Shown: positions 51,789 to 64,000 of the stretch, one piece after another
How positions within the stretch are numbered: the first letter of the stretch is position 1
How the letters are laid out: each line of letters starts with the position of its first letter
Source: Vicinamibacterales bacterium
Lineage (GTDB): Bacteria; Acidobacteriota; Vicinamibacteria; Vicinamibacterales; JAMQPK01
DNA length: 64,000 bases
Direction of reading: 5' to 3'
Assembly: GCA_963850725.1 (NCBI GenBank)
Contig: CAWKMQ010000019.1
Coordinates: 7,996-71,995 of the forward strand
Translations under genes and position numbers: made by a program
Notes under the pieces: generated by a model
Seen by the model: the letters and a program-made list of their open reading frames with translations, nothing else
The model's database searches: none
Told to the model about the DNA's origin: nothing

Positions 51789-52588
51789 ATGTCTCGGATC
51801 AGATTGGTGGCAGGTGGCCTCGTTCTCGCACTGACCATTCCAGGCCTTGCCGCCGCGCAGGGGCGGCGCGATGGCGATCCACCGATCGGCGCGGGTACCA
51901 GGAACAGGATCGCCTCACGGCCACCACCTTCACGGCGACGACCGACGCCGGCGGCAACGCCGTGTTCACGGCAAAAGGAGGCGACTTCTCCTTCGAGAAA
52001 ATCGTGTCGCCCACTGGCGAGGCCACGCTTCGACTGGCGCAGGAAAAGGATGTCGTCACGATCGCCATCAACCAGTCAGGGCTCGTCGTCGGACGAGGAC
52101 GGCGCACCGTGCGTATCGATCCTCGAACGGATAAGAGCGAAGACATCGACAACGTTCGCGCGCTCCTCCTGGGTTCGCGCGCGGTGCGCTCGTTCAAGCG
52201 GCTGGCCGCCGCCCTCGAAAATCGCGACGAAAGCGAAGAGGACGGCGCGCTCGCCATCGTCGCGCTCATCGACGGCGCCATCGTGCAGTTGCTGGACGGC
52301 GATGCCGATGCGCCACGGCGCATCGGGCGGCGGGTGACCCGCAAGCACCGTGCGGCGCTCCGCCCGGTGGCGGCAAGGCGGGCGCCCGACGTGTTTCGCG
52401 ATTGCGTGGGTCTCTACGAGGTGGCCCTCATGGATGCATCACGGCAATACGGCGAGTGCTGGATCGAGGCCAACGATGCCGCCTGGTGGAGCCGAAGTCT
52501 CCTCTTCAGGTACTGCGAATGGGAATGGGCGCTCAGGTCGCAGCAGTATGTCTGGCAGTTCATCGGATGTTTCATGTTTCCGTTTTGA
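51789..52588 (+). CDS. Secreted hypothetical protein with Arg-rich linker and C-terminal four-Cys, Trp-rich domain
   Basis: GGAGG RBS, signal peptide ending AAAQ, frameshift near 51865, C-x17-C-x18-C-x17-C. Confidence 0.7.
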
Positions 52589-52594
52589 GGCGCT

Positions 52595-52819
52595 ATGGTC
52601 AAACTTCTTTTCAGCGTCATCCTCGAAGCGATTGTCGGTATCTCGTTGTCCGGCCTCATCCTGGCCGTCGTCGTGCCGCTCGTGCATCGATACAGGCCGC
52701 TGCAGGCCGGTGACGGCGACATCGTGCCCATGGCCGTCATCGTGGCGGTCATCCTCTGCGTAACGGCCGCCGTGCTCTTTCGCCCCGGCAGCGCGATCAA
52801 CCGGTGGATCCGGCGCTGA
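52595..52819 (+). CDS. Small two-TM membrane protein (74 aa)
   Basis: Two hydrophobic segments and a basic C-terminus; starts 6 nt after the upstream stop with GAGG RBS. Confidence 0.6.
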   Translation: MVKLLFSVILEAIVGISLSGLILAVVVPLVHRYRPLQAGDGDIVPMAVIVAVILCVTAAVLFRPGSAINRWIRR

Positions 52820-52840
52820 ACTCACACACGTGAAACTGTC

Positions 52841-52871
52841 CGATCTGACGGGCGGGTCACCCGTCAGATCG
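52841..52871. terminator. Perfect hairpin
   Basis: CGATCTGACGGG / CCCGTCAGATCG. Confidence 0.6.
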
Positions 52872-52875
52872 CTGC

Positions 52876-52891
52876 ATTACCGTGGTAATAT
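52876..52891 (+). promoter_or_regulatory. TA operator palindrome overlapping the -10 box
   Basis: ATTACC-GT-GGTAAT overlapping TAATAT, 5 nt before the antitoxin ATG. Confidence 0.65.
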
Positions 52892-52896
52892 TTTTT

Positions 52897-53157
52897 ATGG
52901 CTCTCGCTCATTCGAAGCTCACGGCACAAGGTCAAATCTCGATTCCGGTCAGGATACGGCAACGCCTCGGCATCGGCCCCGGCTCCGTCATCGAATGGGA
53001 CGCGGACGGCGAGACCGTTGTCGTCCGGAAAGCAGGGCGTTACTCATCCCAGGATGTCCACCGGGCTTTGTTCGCGAGGACACCCAAACCGCGGCCCGTT
53101 GCCGAGTTGAAGGACGGCCTGCGACGGTATATCAAGAAACGACATGCGGGCCGTTGA
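52897..53157 (+). CDS. AbrB/MazE/SpoVT-family antitoxin (VapB)
   Basis: SKLTAQGQISIPVRIRQRLGIGPG. Confidence 0.9.
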   Translation: MALAHSKLTAQGQISIPVRIRQRLGIGPGSVIEWDADGETVVVRKAGRYSSQDVHRALFARTPKPRPVAELKDGLRRYIKKRHAGR

Positions 53158-53524
53158 CACCAACGTGCTGGTCCGGCTCGTCACCAGAGACGATGCACGG
53201 CAGCTCGCGGCGGCTGAAGCTTTTGTCGCCAGCGGAGCGTGGGTGCCGCACCTGGCGCTCGTGGAGGCGACCTGGGTGCTGAGCTCCGTTTACAATCGCG
53301 CTCCACAGGCCATTGCGGCGGCGGTCGAGATGCTCCTGAATCACCACCAGTTGACGCTGCAGGATGCCGACGCCGTCAGTGCGGCGGTCGCCCAGTATCG
53401 TCGGCGTCCGGCCGTCGGTTTTTCCGACTGTTTGATGGTAGAGGTGACTCGGAAAGCCGGTCACGGGCCACTCGGAACGTTCGACCGGCATCTCGCCAGA
53501 ATTGACGGCGCTCATCGGCTCTAA
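53144..53524 (+). CDS. vapC: PIN-domain toxin (VapC)
   Basis: AVDTNVLVR, E..WVL, FSDCL, TFDR. Confidence 0.9.
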   Translation: MRAVDTNVLVRLVTRDDARQLAAAEAFVASGAWVPHLALVEATWVLSSVYNRAPQAIAAAVEMLLNHHQLTLQDADAVSAAVAQYRRRPAVGFSDCLMVEVTRKAGHGPLGTFDRHLARIDGAHRL

Positions 53525-53568
53525 CGGCCGCTCATCGATTGCACGGCAGCGTGCTTGCCGGCCAGGCG

Positions 53569-53993
53569 TCAGTTCGTCGCCGGAAGGAGAGTGAGGGCGC
53601 AGAGCTCCGCTTCTGTGCGGGAGATAATCCAGCCTTCGAGCTGCACCGATCGTCCCTGCTGGAAGTCGCGACGCACCGCACCTTCCAGCGCGGTGATCGC
53701 ATTCTGCCTGGTTGAGGCCCGTTCGATGATCTCGAGCGCACTCAGCGACGCCTTGCGAATCGACTCCGCGCTCGTGTCGAGCCCCAGGTGCCGCACGTAA
53801 GCTTCGCCAATCGTCCGGGCTGCGTCGATGCGGACTCCGAAATAGCTGGCGGCGGTCTGCGTGTCTGCGATCCTCGAGTGCGCCGTTGCCGCGGTTTCTG
53901 GTAGCCTTCAACAGAAGCCAAAGGCATGAGGAACGGCGTGCCGCATGCCGCCAGCGCCCGTAACAGGAACTCGCGTCTGGGATAGCTGTTCAT
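53569..53993 (-). CDS. Small Tat-signal protein partnering the GMC oxidoreductase
   Basis: [11 protein letters not shown]; C-terminal RRDFQQGRSVQLEGWIISRTEAELCAL; ATGA overlap with the GMC gene. Confidence 0.7.
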
Positions 53994-55525
53994 GCGCTCT
54001 TCTTTGCCGGGGAGGTGCCCCGCTTCAGCGTATCCGCCAGTCGGTGGGCCAGCGCCACGATCGTCAGCGTCGGATTGGAATCTCCCCCCGTCGTGAAGAC
54101 CGAACCGCCGGTGATGTAGAGATTTTCGACCTGGTGGGTCCGGGAATCGGCATTGACGACGCTGACGGCCGGGTCGGTTCCCATGCGGGTCGCACCCATG
54201 TGATGCCCGCCGGGATCCTGGCGCCAGACGAAGCGCGAGGCGTCGCCCGGAATCCACAGGCGCCCAAGGCCTGCCGCGCCCAGCTCGCGCGCCAGAATCA
54301 CCATCGCGCGGCGCATCCGCACGTCATCCTCCGGATCGATCCGCCAGTCGAGCGCCACCCTCGGCATTCCCAGCGCATCGAGATCATCTGTCAACGTGAT
54401 GCGGCTCTCCCGAAACGGCGACTGCTCGGACCTGACGGTCAGCTCGGTCGCACTGGCGTCACCGTCGCCGTGCGTCACCAGGGCCTGCGCAGTGCTCGCG
54501 GGGAGAACGGCGCTCTCTGGCTTCGCCGGACCCGCGCGTCCGGTACGTGGTCCCTGAAACGTCGCCGAGAAGTTCAGGAGCTTCTCCCGGCGCGAGATGT
54601 CGGCGGCGAGGCCAAGCGCGCCGAGCGTTTCAACGGCGGTCCCGTCTGCCCGCTTGAGATCCGACGGTCCGCGCTGGTAAAAAGCCAGGTCGACCGCTGA
54701 CGGATGCACCACTCCGATCGAGCCGTAGTAGTGGGGATGCTCCATGAAGTACCTGCCCACCACACCGTGGCCGTTTGCCACGCCGTCGGATTCCTGGGAT
54801 CGTGAGGCCAGCAGAACGCGGACGTTCTCGATGCCTCCCAGCGCGAGCACGTACCGGCCGGCGTGAACGTTGAACGTGTTGCCTTGCAAGGTGCGGCAGG
54901 CAAACGATTCAACGCGTCCGCGCCGCTGATCCAGGCGGATATCCCGCACGTTCGCGAATGTGAGCACGCGAACGTCGTCCGCCTGCGCCAACGCATCTGA
55001 ATAGACGCGACCGAAACGCGTCGGCGGGCTGAACTGGTAGTAACGCTGGTCGATCGCGTCGCCCAATGGCAACAGCGCCTTTCCCGTCGCCTTCGCTCGG
55101 GCGGTCGAGTTCCAATCAAACTCGCCAATCTGAACGGTTTCGCACGCGCGGCGGTAGAACGGAACCAGATGGGAATATTTGATCGGCCAGCCGCTCAGAG
55201 GAATGTAGTCTCGCGCTTCGAAATCCTGCGGGGTGAGCGGGCGGCACCAACCAGCCCAGTGTCCCGTTGTGCCGCCGAGCGCGCGAATCCGCATCGTGCG
55301 AACATTCCAGGTGTCGATCCCGATCATCCGGCCCTCGGAGAGCGACTGCACCTCCGGTTCCTGTTCAGCGCCGCCGCTCTCGAGGAGCAGGACTGACAGC
55401 CCGGACGCGCGCAGATCCAACGCGATGGTCATCCCTGCCGCGCCGGCGCCGGCAATGCACACATCAGCCTCGAGCGTCGCGCCGTCGGCGAGCGTGCGAG
55501 CGTCGATGATCATTTTTTTGGGCAT
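53990..55525 (-). CDS. GMC-family FAD oxidoreductase
   Basis: [43 protein letters not shown]. Confidence 0.92.
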   Translation of the reverse strand: MPKKMIIDARTLADGATLEADVCIAGAGAAGMTIALDLRASGLSVLLLESGGAEQEPEVQSLSEGRMIGIDTWNVRTMRIRALGGTTGHWAGWCRPLTPQDFEARDYIPLSGWPIKYSHLVPFYRRACETVQIGEFDWNSTARAKATGKALLPLGDAIDQRYYQFSPPTRFGRVYSDALAQADDVRVLTFANVRDIRLDQRRGRVESFACRTLQGNTFNVHAGRYVLALGGIENVRVLLASRSQESDGVANGHGVVGRYFMEHPHYYGSIGVVHPSAVDLAFYQRGPSDLKRADGTAVETLGALGLAADISRREKLLNFSATFQGPRTGRAGPAKPESAVLPASTAQALVTHGDGDASATELTVRSEQSPFRESRITLTDDLDALGMPRVALDWRIDPEDDVRMRRAMVILARELGAAGLGRLWIPGDASRFVWRQDPGGHHMGATRMGTDPAVSVVNADSRTHQVENLYITGGSVFTTGGDSNPTLTIVALAHRLADTLKRGTSPAKKSA

Positions 55526-55667
55526 CCTCCCACATCGGCTGTGGTGTGTCAATCGTGATGGCGCTGGCTGTAACGGCCGCTTATTCGATTGCTTGACCGC
55601 CGTTCGGGCGCATAGTACCTTGAGTCGTTCTGACCCTGTCTCTAGCCGACCGCATCTTCGCGCCTCA

Positions 55668-56790
55668 ATGAACCAGTCTTCGACCGAACAGCTCAAGAAA
55701 ACGCCGCTGAACGCCCGCCATCGCGCGCACGGCGCACGCATGGTGCCGTTTGGCGGCTGGGACATGCCGGTCGAGTACTCCGGCATCGTCAACGAGCACC
55801 TGGCCGTGCGCACCAAGGCCGGCCTGTTCGACGTCAGCCACATGGGGCGAGATCGAGGTGGCGGGGAAGGACGCCCTCGCCGCCGTGCAGAGGATCTCCA
55901 CCAACGACGCCGCGAAGCTGAGCGTCGGCCAGGCGCAGTATTCGGCGCTGACGACGCCGGCAGGGCACGTTCGTCGACGACCTGCTCGTCTATCGCCTGG
56001 CGGGCGACCACTACCTGCTCGTGGTGAACGCCGGGCAACATCGAGAAGGCGTACAAGTGGATCGCCGAGCACACGCGCGACGTCGGCGACGTCGCCGTCG
56101 TCAACTCGAGCTCGCGATACGCGCTGCTGGCCGTTCAGGGACCCGCGGCGCCCGCGATCGTTCAGCAACTGACGAGCTGTCGATCTCGCGTCGATCAAGT
56201 ACTACTGGTTCGCCCACGGCGAAGTCGCGGGCGTTCGCAGCATCATCTCGCGCACCGGCTACACCGGCGAAGACGGGTTCGAGCTGTTCATTCCGCCGGC
56301 ATCGGCCGAGCGCGTGTGGAATACGATTCTCGAAACCGGCGCGGCCGCCGGCATCGTGCCCGTCGGCCTCGGCGCGCGCGACACGCTGCGGCTCGAAGCC
56401 GGCATGCACCTGTCCGGCCAGGACATGGACGAGACGACGACCGTGCTCGAAGCCGATCTCGGGTGGATCGTCGGCTGGAAGAAGCACGATTTCATCGGCA
56501 AGGCGGCGCTCGACCAGCAGAAGAGCGGCGGGCGTGACGCGCAAGCTCGTCGGATTCGAGATGACGGCGCCCGGCATCGCGCGTCACGGCTACACGGCGC
56601 TATGCCGGCGGCGGCGAAGGCATCGTGACGAGCGGCACGCAGACGCCGCTTCTGAAGAAAGCGATCGGGCTGGCGTATCTGCCGATCGCGGCGACCGCCG
56701 CCGGCACCGAGTTCGAGATCGATATTCGCGGCCGCCGCACGCCCGCGCGCGTCGTGCCGCGGCAGTTCTACAAACGTTCCGCGGAGCTGA
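55668..56790 (+). CDS. gcvT: Glycine cleavage system T protein
   Basis: [48 protein letters not shown]. Confidence 0.95.
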
Positions 56791-56793
56791 CAC

Positions 56794-57171
56794 ATGTATC
56801 CAGCCGACCGTCGCTATACCAAAGACCACGAGTGGATCATCGTCACCGGCAACCTCGGGCCGCGTCGGCATCACCGACTACGCGCAGAAGCAGCTCGGCG
56901 ACGTCGTGTTCGTCGAACTGCCCGACGTCGGCCGCGCGGTGTCGCAGGGACAGGCCGCCGGCAACATCGAATCGGTGAAGGCGGTGTCCGAGCTCTACAG
57001 CCCGGCATCGGGCAAGGTCGTCGCGGTCAATCGGCGACCTCAGCGTCGAAGCCGGAGCTCGTCAACAGCGACCCGCACGGCACGTGGCTGTTCGACGATC
57101 GAGCTGAGCAATCCGGGCGAGGTCGACGAATCTGCTCGACAATCGATCAGTACGCGGAACTCGTGAAGTAA
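56794..57171 (+). CDS. gcvH: Glycine cleavage system H protein
   Basis: [34 protein letters not shown] (lipoyl Lys). Confidence 0.95.
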   Translation: MYPADRRYTKDHEWIIVTGNLGPRRHHRLRAEAARRRRVRRTARRRPRGVAGTGRRQHRIGEGGVRALQPGIGQGRRGQSATSASKPELVNSDPHGTWLFDDRAEQSGRGRRICSTIDQYAELVK

Positions 57172-57183
57172 CGCACGCACTAC

Positions 57184-60081
<2,898 letters not shown>

Positions 60082-60088
60082 CACAGCC

Positions 60089-61682
60089 ATGCGCGTCCTG
60101 AACGCCGCTCAGATGCGGGACGCCGATCGGCAGACCATCGACGAGATCGGCATTCCGTCGATGGTGCTCATGGAAAACGCCGGCCGTCAGGTCGTCGCCG
60201 CGCTCGAAGCCGCGTACGACGATCTGTCCGACAGGCATGTCGCCGTGCTGTGCGGTCCCGGCAACAACGGCGGCGACGGCTTCGTCGTCGCGCGCACGCT
60301 GCATCAGCGCGGCGTCGACGTCTCCGTGTTCGTCATCGCCACCATGGCGGCCATCAAGGGCGACGCCCGGCTGAATCTCGAGATTCTCGGACGTCTCGGG
60401 CTGACGGTCGTCGAGATTTCAGACGAGCAGGCGTGGGATCTCCACTTCTCCGAAATCTCCCAGTGCGATCTCATCGTCGACGCGATCTTCGGCACGGGCC
60501 TCAAGTCGCCGCTCGCCGGCATGATGGAGACGGTCGCCGCAGACGTGAACGCGTCGGGCATCCCGGTCGTCGCCATCGATCTGCCGAGCGGCATGTCGGC
60601 CGATCACGCCGAGCCGATCGGCGAATGCATTCACGCCAGCATGACGGTGACGCTGGCCGCGCCGAAGCTTCCCCTGGTGCTGCCGCCCGGCGAGGCACAG
60701 GCGGGCAGCATCGTCGTCGCCGACATCGGCATTCCTCCGGAGGTCATCGACAACCTGGCCGGCCCGCGCATCGAGCTGCTGACGCGCGAGGGCATGCGCG
60801 AGATTCTTCAGCCGCGCGAGTCCGATTCACACAAGGGCGACTACGGCCACGTGCTCGTCATCGCCGGATCGCGCGGCAAGACCGGCGCCGCACATCTCGC
60901 CGCGGTGGGCGCGCTGCGGTCGGGCGCGGGACTGGTGAGCGTCGCGACGCCGCGCACGTCGCAGCCGATCGATCGCCGCGATGGGCGCCGAATACATGAC
61001 CGTGCCGCTCGAGGAGACGTTCGAAGGCAAGGTCGCCGCTGGGCGGGCTCGATCAGGTTCTCGATTTCGAGCCGGACGTCATTGCCGCCGGGCCGGGACT
61101 CGGGACCGGGCCCCGAAGTCACGGCGTTCGTCCATGGGCTCGTCGCGAGGAGCGAGAGCCCGCTCGTGCTCGACGCCGATGCGCTCAACGCGCTCGCCTC
61201 CGAGCCCGATCTGCTGCAGGGCAGCGGCGAAGGATCGCGCCCGATCATCATCACGCCGCATCCGGGCGAGATGGCGCGTCTCGCCAACACGTCGGTCGAC
61301 GAAGTGCAGGCGAGCCGCCTCGACGTCGCCCGCGACTTCGCCGTGCAGCATCAGATCTATGTCGTGCTGAAGGGCTATCGCACGCTCATCGCCACGCCCG
61401 ACGGCAAGGTGTTCATCAACCCGCTGGGCAATCCCGGGCATGGCCACCGGCGGAACCGGCGATGTGCTCACCGGCGTCATTGCCGCGTGGCTGGCGCAAC
61501 TGCTCGACGCCGAGGCGGCCTGCAAGATCGGCGTGTACCTGCACGCGCTCGCCGGCGACCTCACGGAAGCCGACGAAGGCGAAGTGGCGATGACCGCGGG
61601 CGACCTGGCGGCACATCTCGGCGACGCCGTGCTCGAGCTGACCGCGCGCCGCCGCGTGAAGCCGTCCAATGGCCAGTCCTGA
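60089..61682 (+). CDS. nnr: Bifunctional NAD(P)HX epimerase/dehydratase
   Basis: [45 protein letters not shown]. Confidence 0.93.
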
Positions 61683-62120
61683 GATCGTCACCACCAGATC
61701 CGAACAGGAAACGTTCGCGCTCGGCAGAAGACGCTGGCGGAGACGCTGCGCGCCCGGCACGTTCGTGCTGCTGCACGGCGATCTCGGGGCCGGCAAAACG
61801 GCGTTCGTCCGCGGCATGGCCGCCGGCCTCGGCGCCGATCCCGAAGACGTATCCAGCCCGACCTTCGTGATCATCCAGCACTACAAGGGACGCGTGCCGC
61901 TGACGCACGTCGACCTCTATCGCCTGGACAGCGGCGCCGCGGTCGACGATCTGGGCTGGAGGAAATGGCGAGCGGGGGAGTGGTCGCGATCGAGTGGGCC
62001 GAACGCTTGCCCCAATCGCCTGAAGGCAGCGTGACTGTGAGGATCGAAGACCTGGGCGGCGATACCCGCAGCGATCACGATCGGAGACGGGAACTCAACG
62101 ACCGGATCTGGAACCCGTGA
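61669..62120 (+). CDS. tsaE: tRNA t6A biosynthesis ATPase
   Basis: GDLGAGKT, VSSPTF, HVDLYRL, IEWA. Confidence 0.92.
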
Positions 62121-62127
62121 GCGCTAC

Positions 62128-63671
<1,544 letters not shown>

Positions 63672-63679
63672 GATTCCTC

Positions 63680-63732
63680 CGGCAGGCCTGAAGGCCTGCG
63701 CTACCTTACGCGGCCACAGCCTGCGCTACCTA
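63680..63732 (-). repeat. GTAG-type REP elements
   Basis: Reverse strand GTAGCGCAGGCCTTCAGGCCTGCC plus a second GTAGCGCAGGC copy. Confidence 0.65.
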
Positions 63733-64000
63733 CGCGGCGGCGCCGTGGCACTTCTTGTATTTCTTGCCGCTGCCACACGGGCACGGGTCGTTGCGGCCCA
63801 CCTTCGGCTCGTCCCGGCGTACGGTCTGCACAGGGGCATCGTCGCCGCCCACGCGCGCCGGCGTCGCTGGCCCGCGTCGGCAGCCCCATCGGCGCGGGCG
63901 CGGCGGCCCGCGGCGCAGAGGCGAAGGCGCCCACCGGCTCGGCCTTCGGCTCGTTCAACGTCATCGGCACCGCCGCGCGGCGCTGTGGCGGACGTTGCGG
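63730..64000 (-). CDS. secA: SecA C-terminus (SEC-C motif), partial
   Basis: [23 protein letters not shown] preceded by a low-complexity linker. Confidence 0.8.

Noticed and set aside
55526-55667. Glycine riboswitch upstream of gcvT
   Set aside because: No recognisable aptamer core; the spacer is short and shared with a divergent gene

Overview
GC-rich bacterial chromosomal window. Gene content and repeat style suggest Acidobacteriota, probably Vicinamibacterales (inference). Most genes are broken by single-base indels, including essential ones (ligA, metG, ispB). This points to an unpolished long-read assembly, so gene boundaries were reconstructed across frames and are approximate. 1-19.7 kb: surface-glycan/glycosylation locus (GT2, three GT4, two epimerases, methyl- and acyltransferase, flippase-like protein, two large polytopic GT-C-like proteins, two related radical SAM/SPASM enzymes) interleaved with a LecA-like lectin, two Ig-fold lipoproteins and a beta-barrel. 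19.7-31.4 kb: ttcA, dtd, D-aminoacylase, glpD-like, dapF, radC, larC, metG. 31.4-40.5 kb: accessory block (CxxCH protein, Uma2, PQQ dehydrogenase, tannase, DUF3500, coiled-coil repeat protein, DinB-like). 40.5-49 kb: tatD, ispB, ligA, HtrA protease, NtrC-type regulator, RNase P RNA, epimerase. 49.2-53.5 kb is the best candidate for an undescribed system: comEA, a FimT-like pilin with the GRxR DNA-binding motif, an intact PilZ protein, a sensor-less AAA+ activator with an altered GAFTGA loop, a secreted four-Cys protein with a small membrane partner, and an AbrB/VapC pair. It is followed by a GMC oxidoreductase with a Tat partner, gcvTHP, nnr, tsaE, guaB and the secA 3' end. Non-coding signals include 7-nt arrays placing stop codons in all frames (two with G-quadruplex patterns), REP-like hairpins also present inside RNase P RNA, leaderless promoters and sigma54 promoters.
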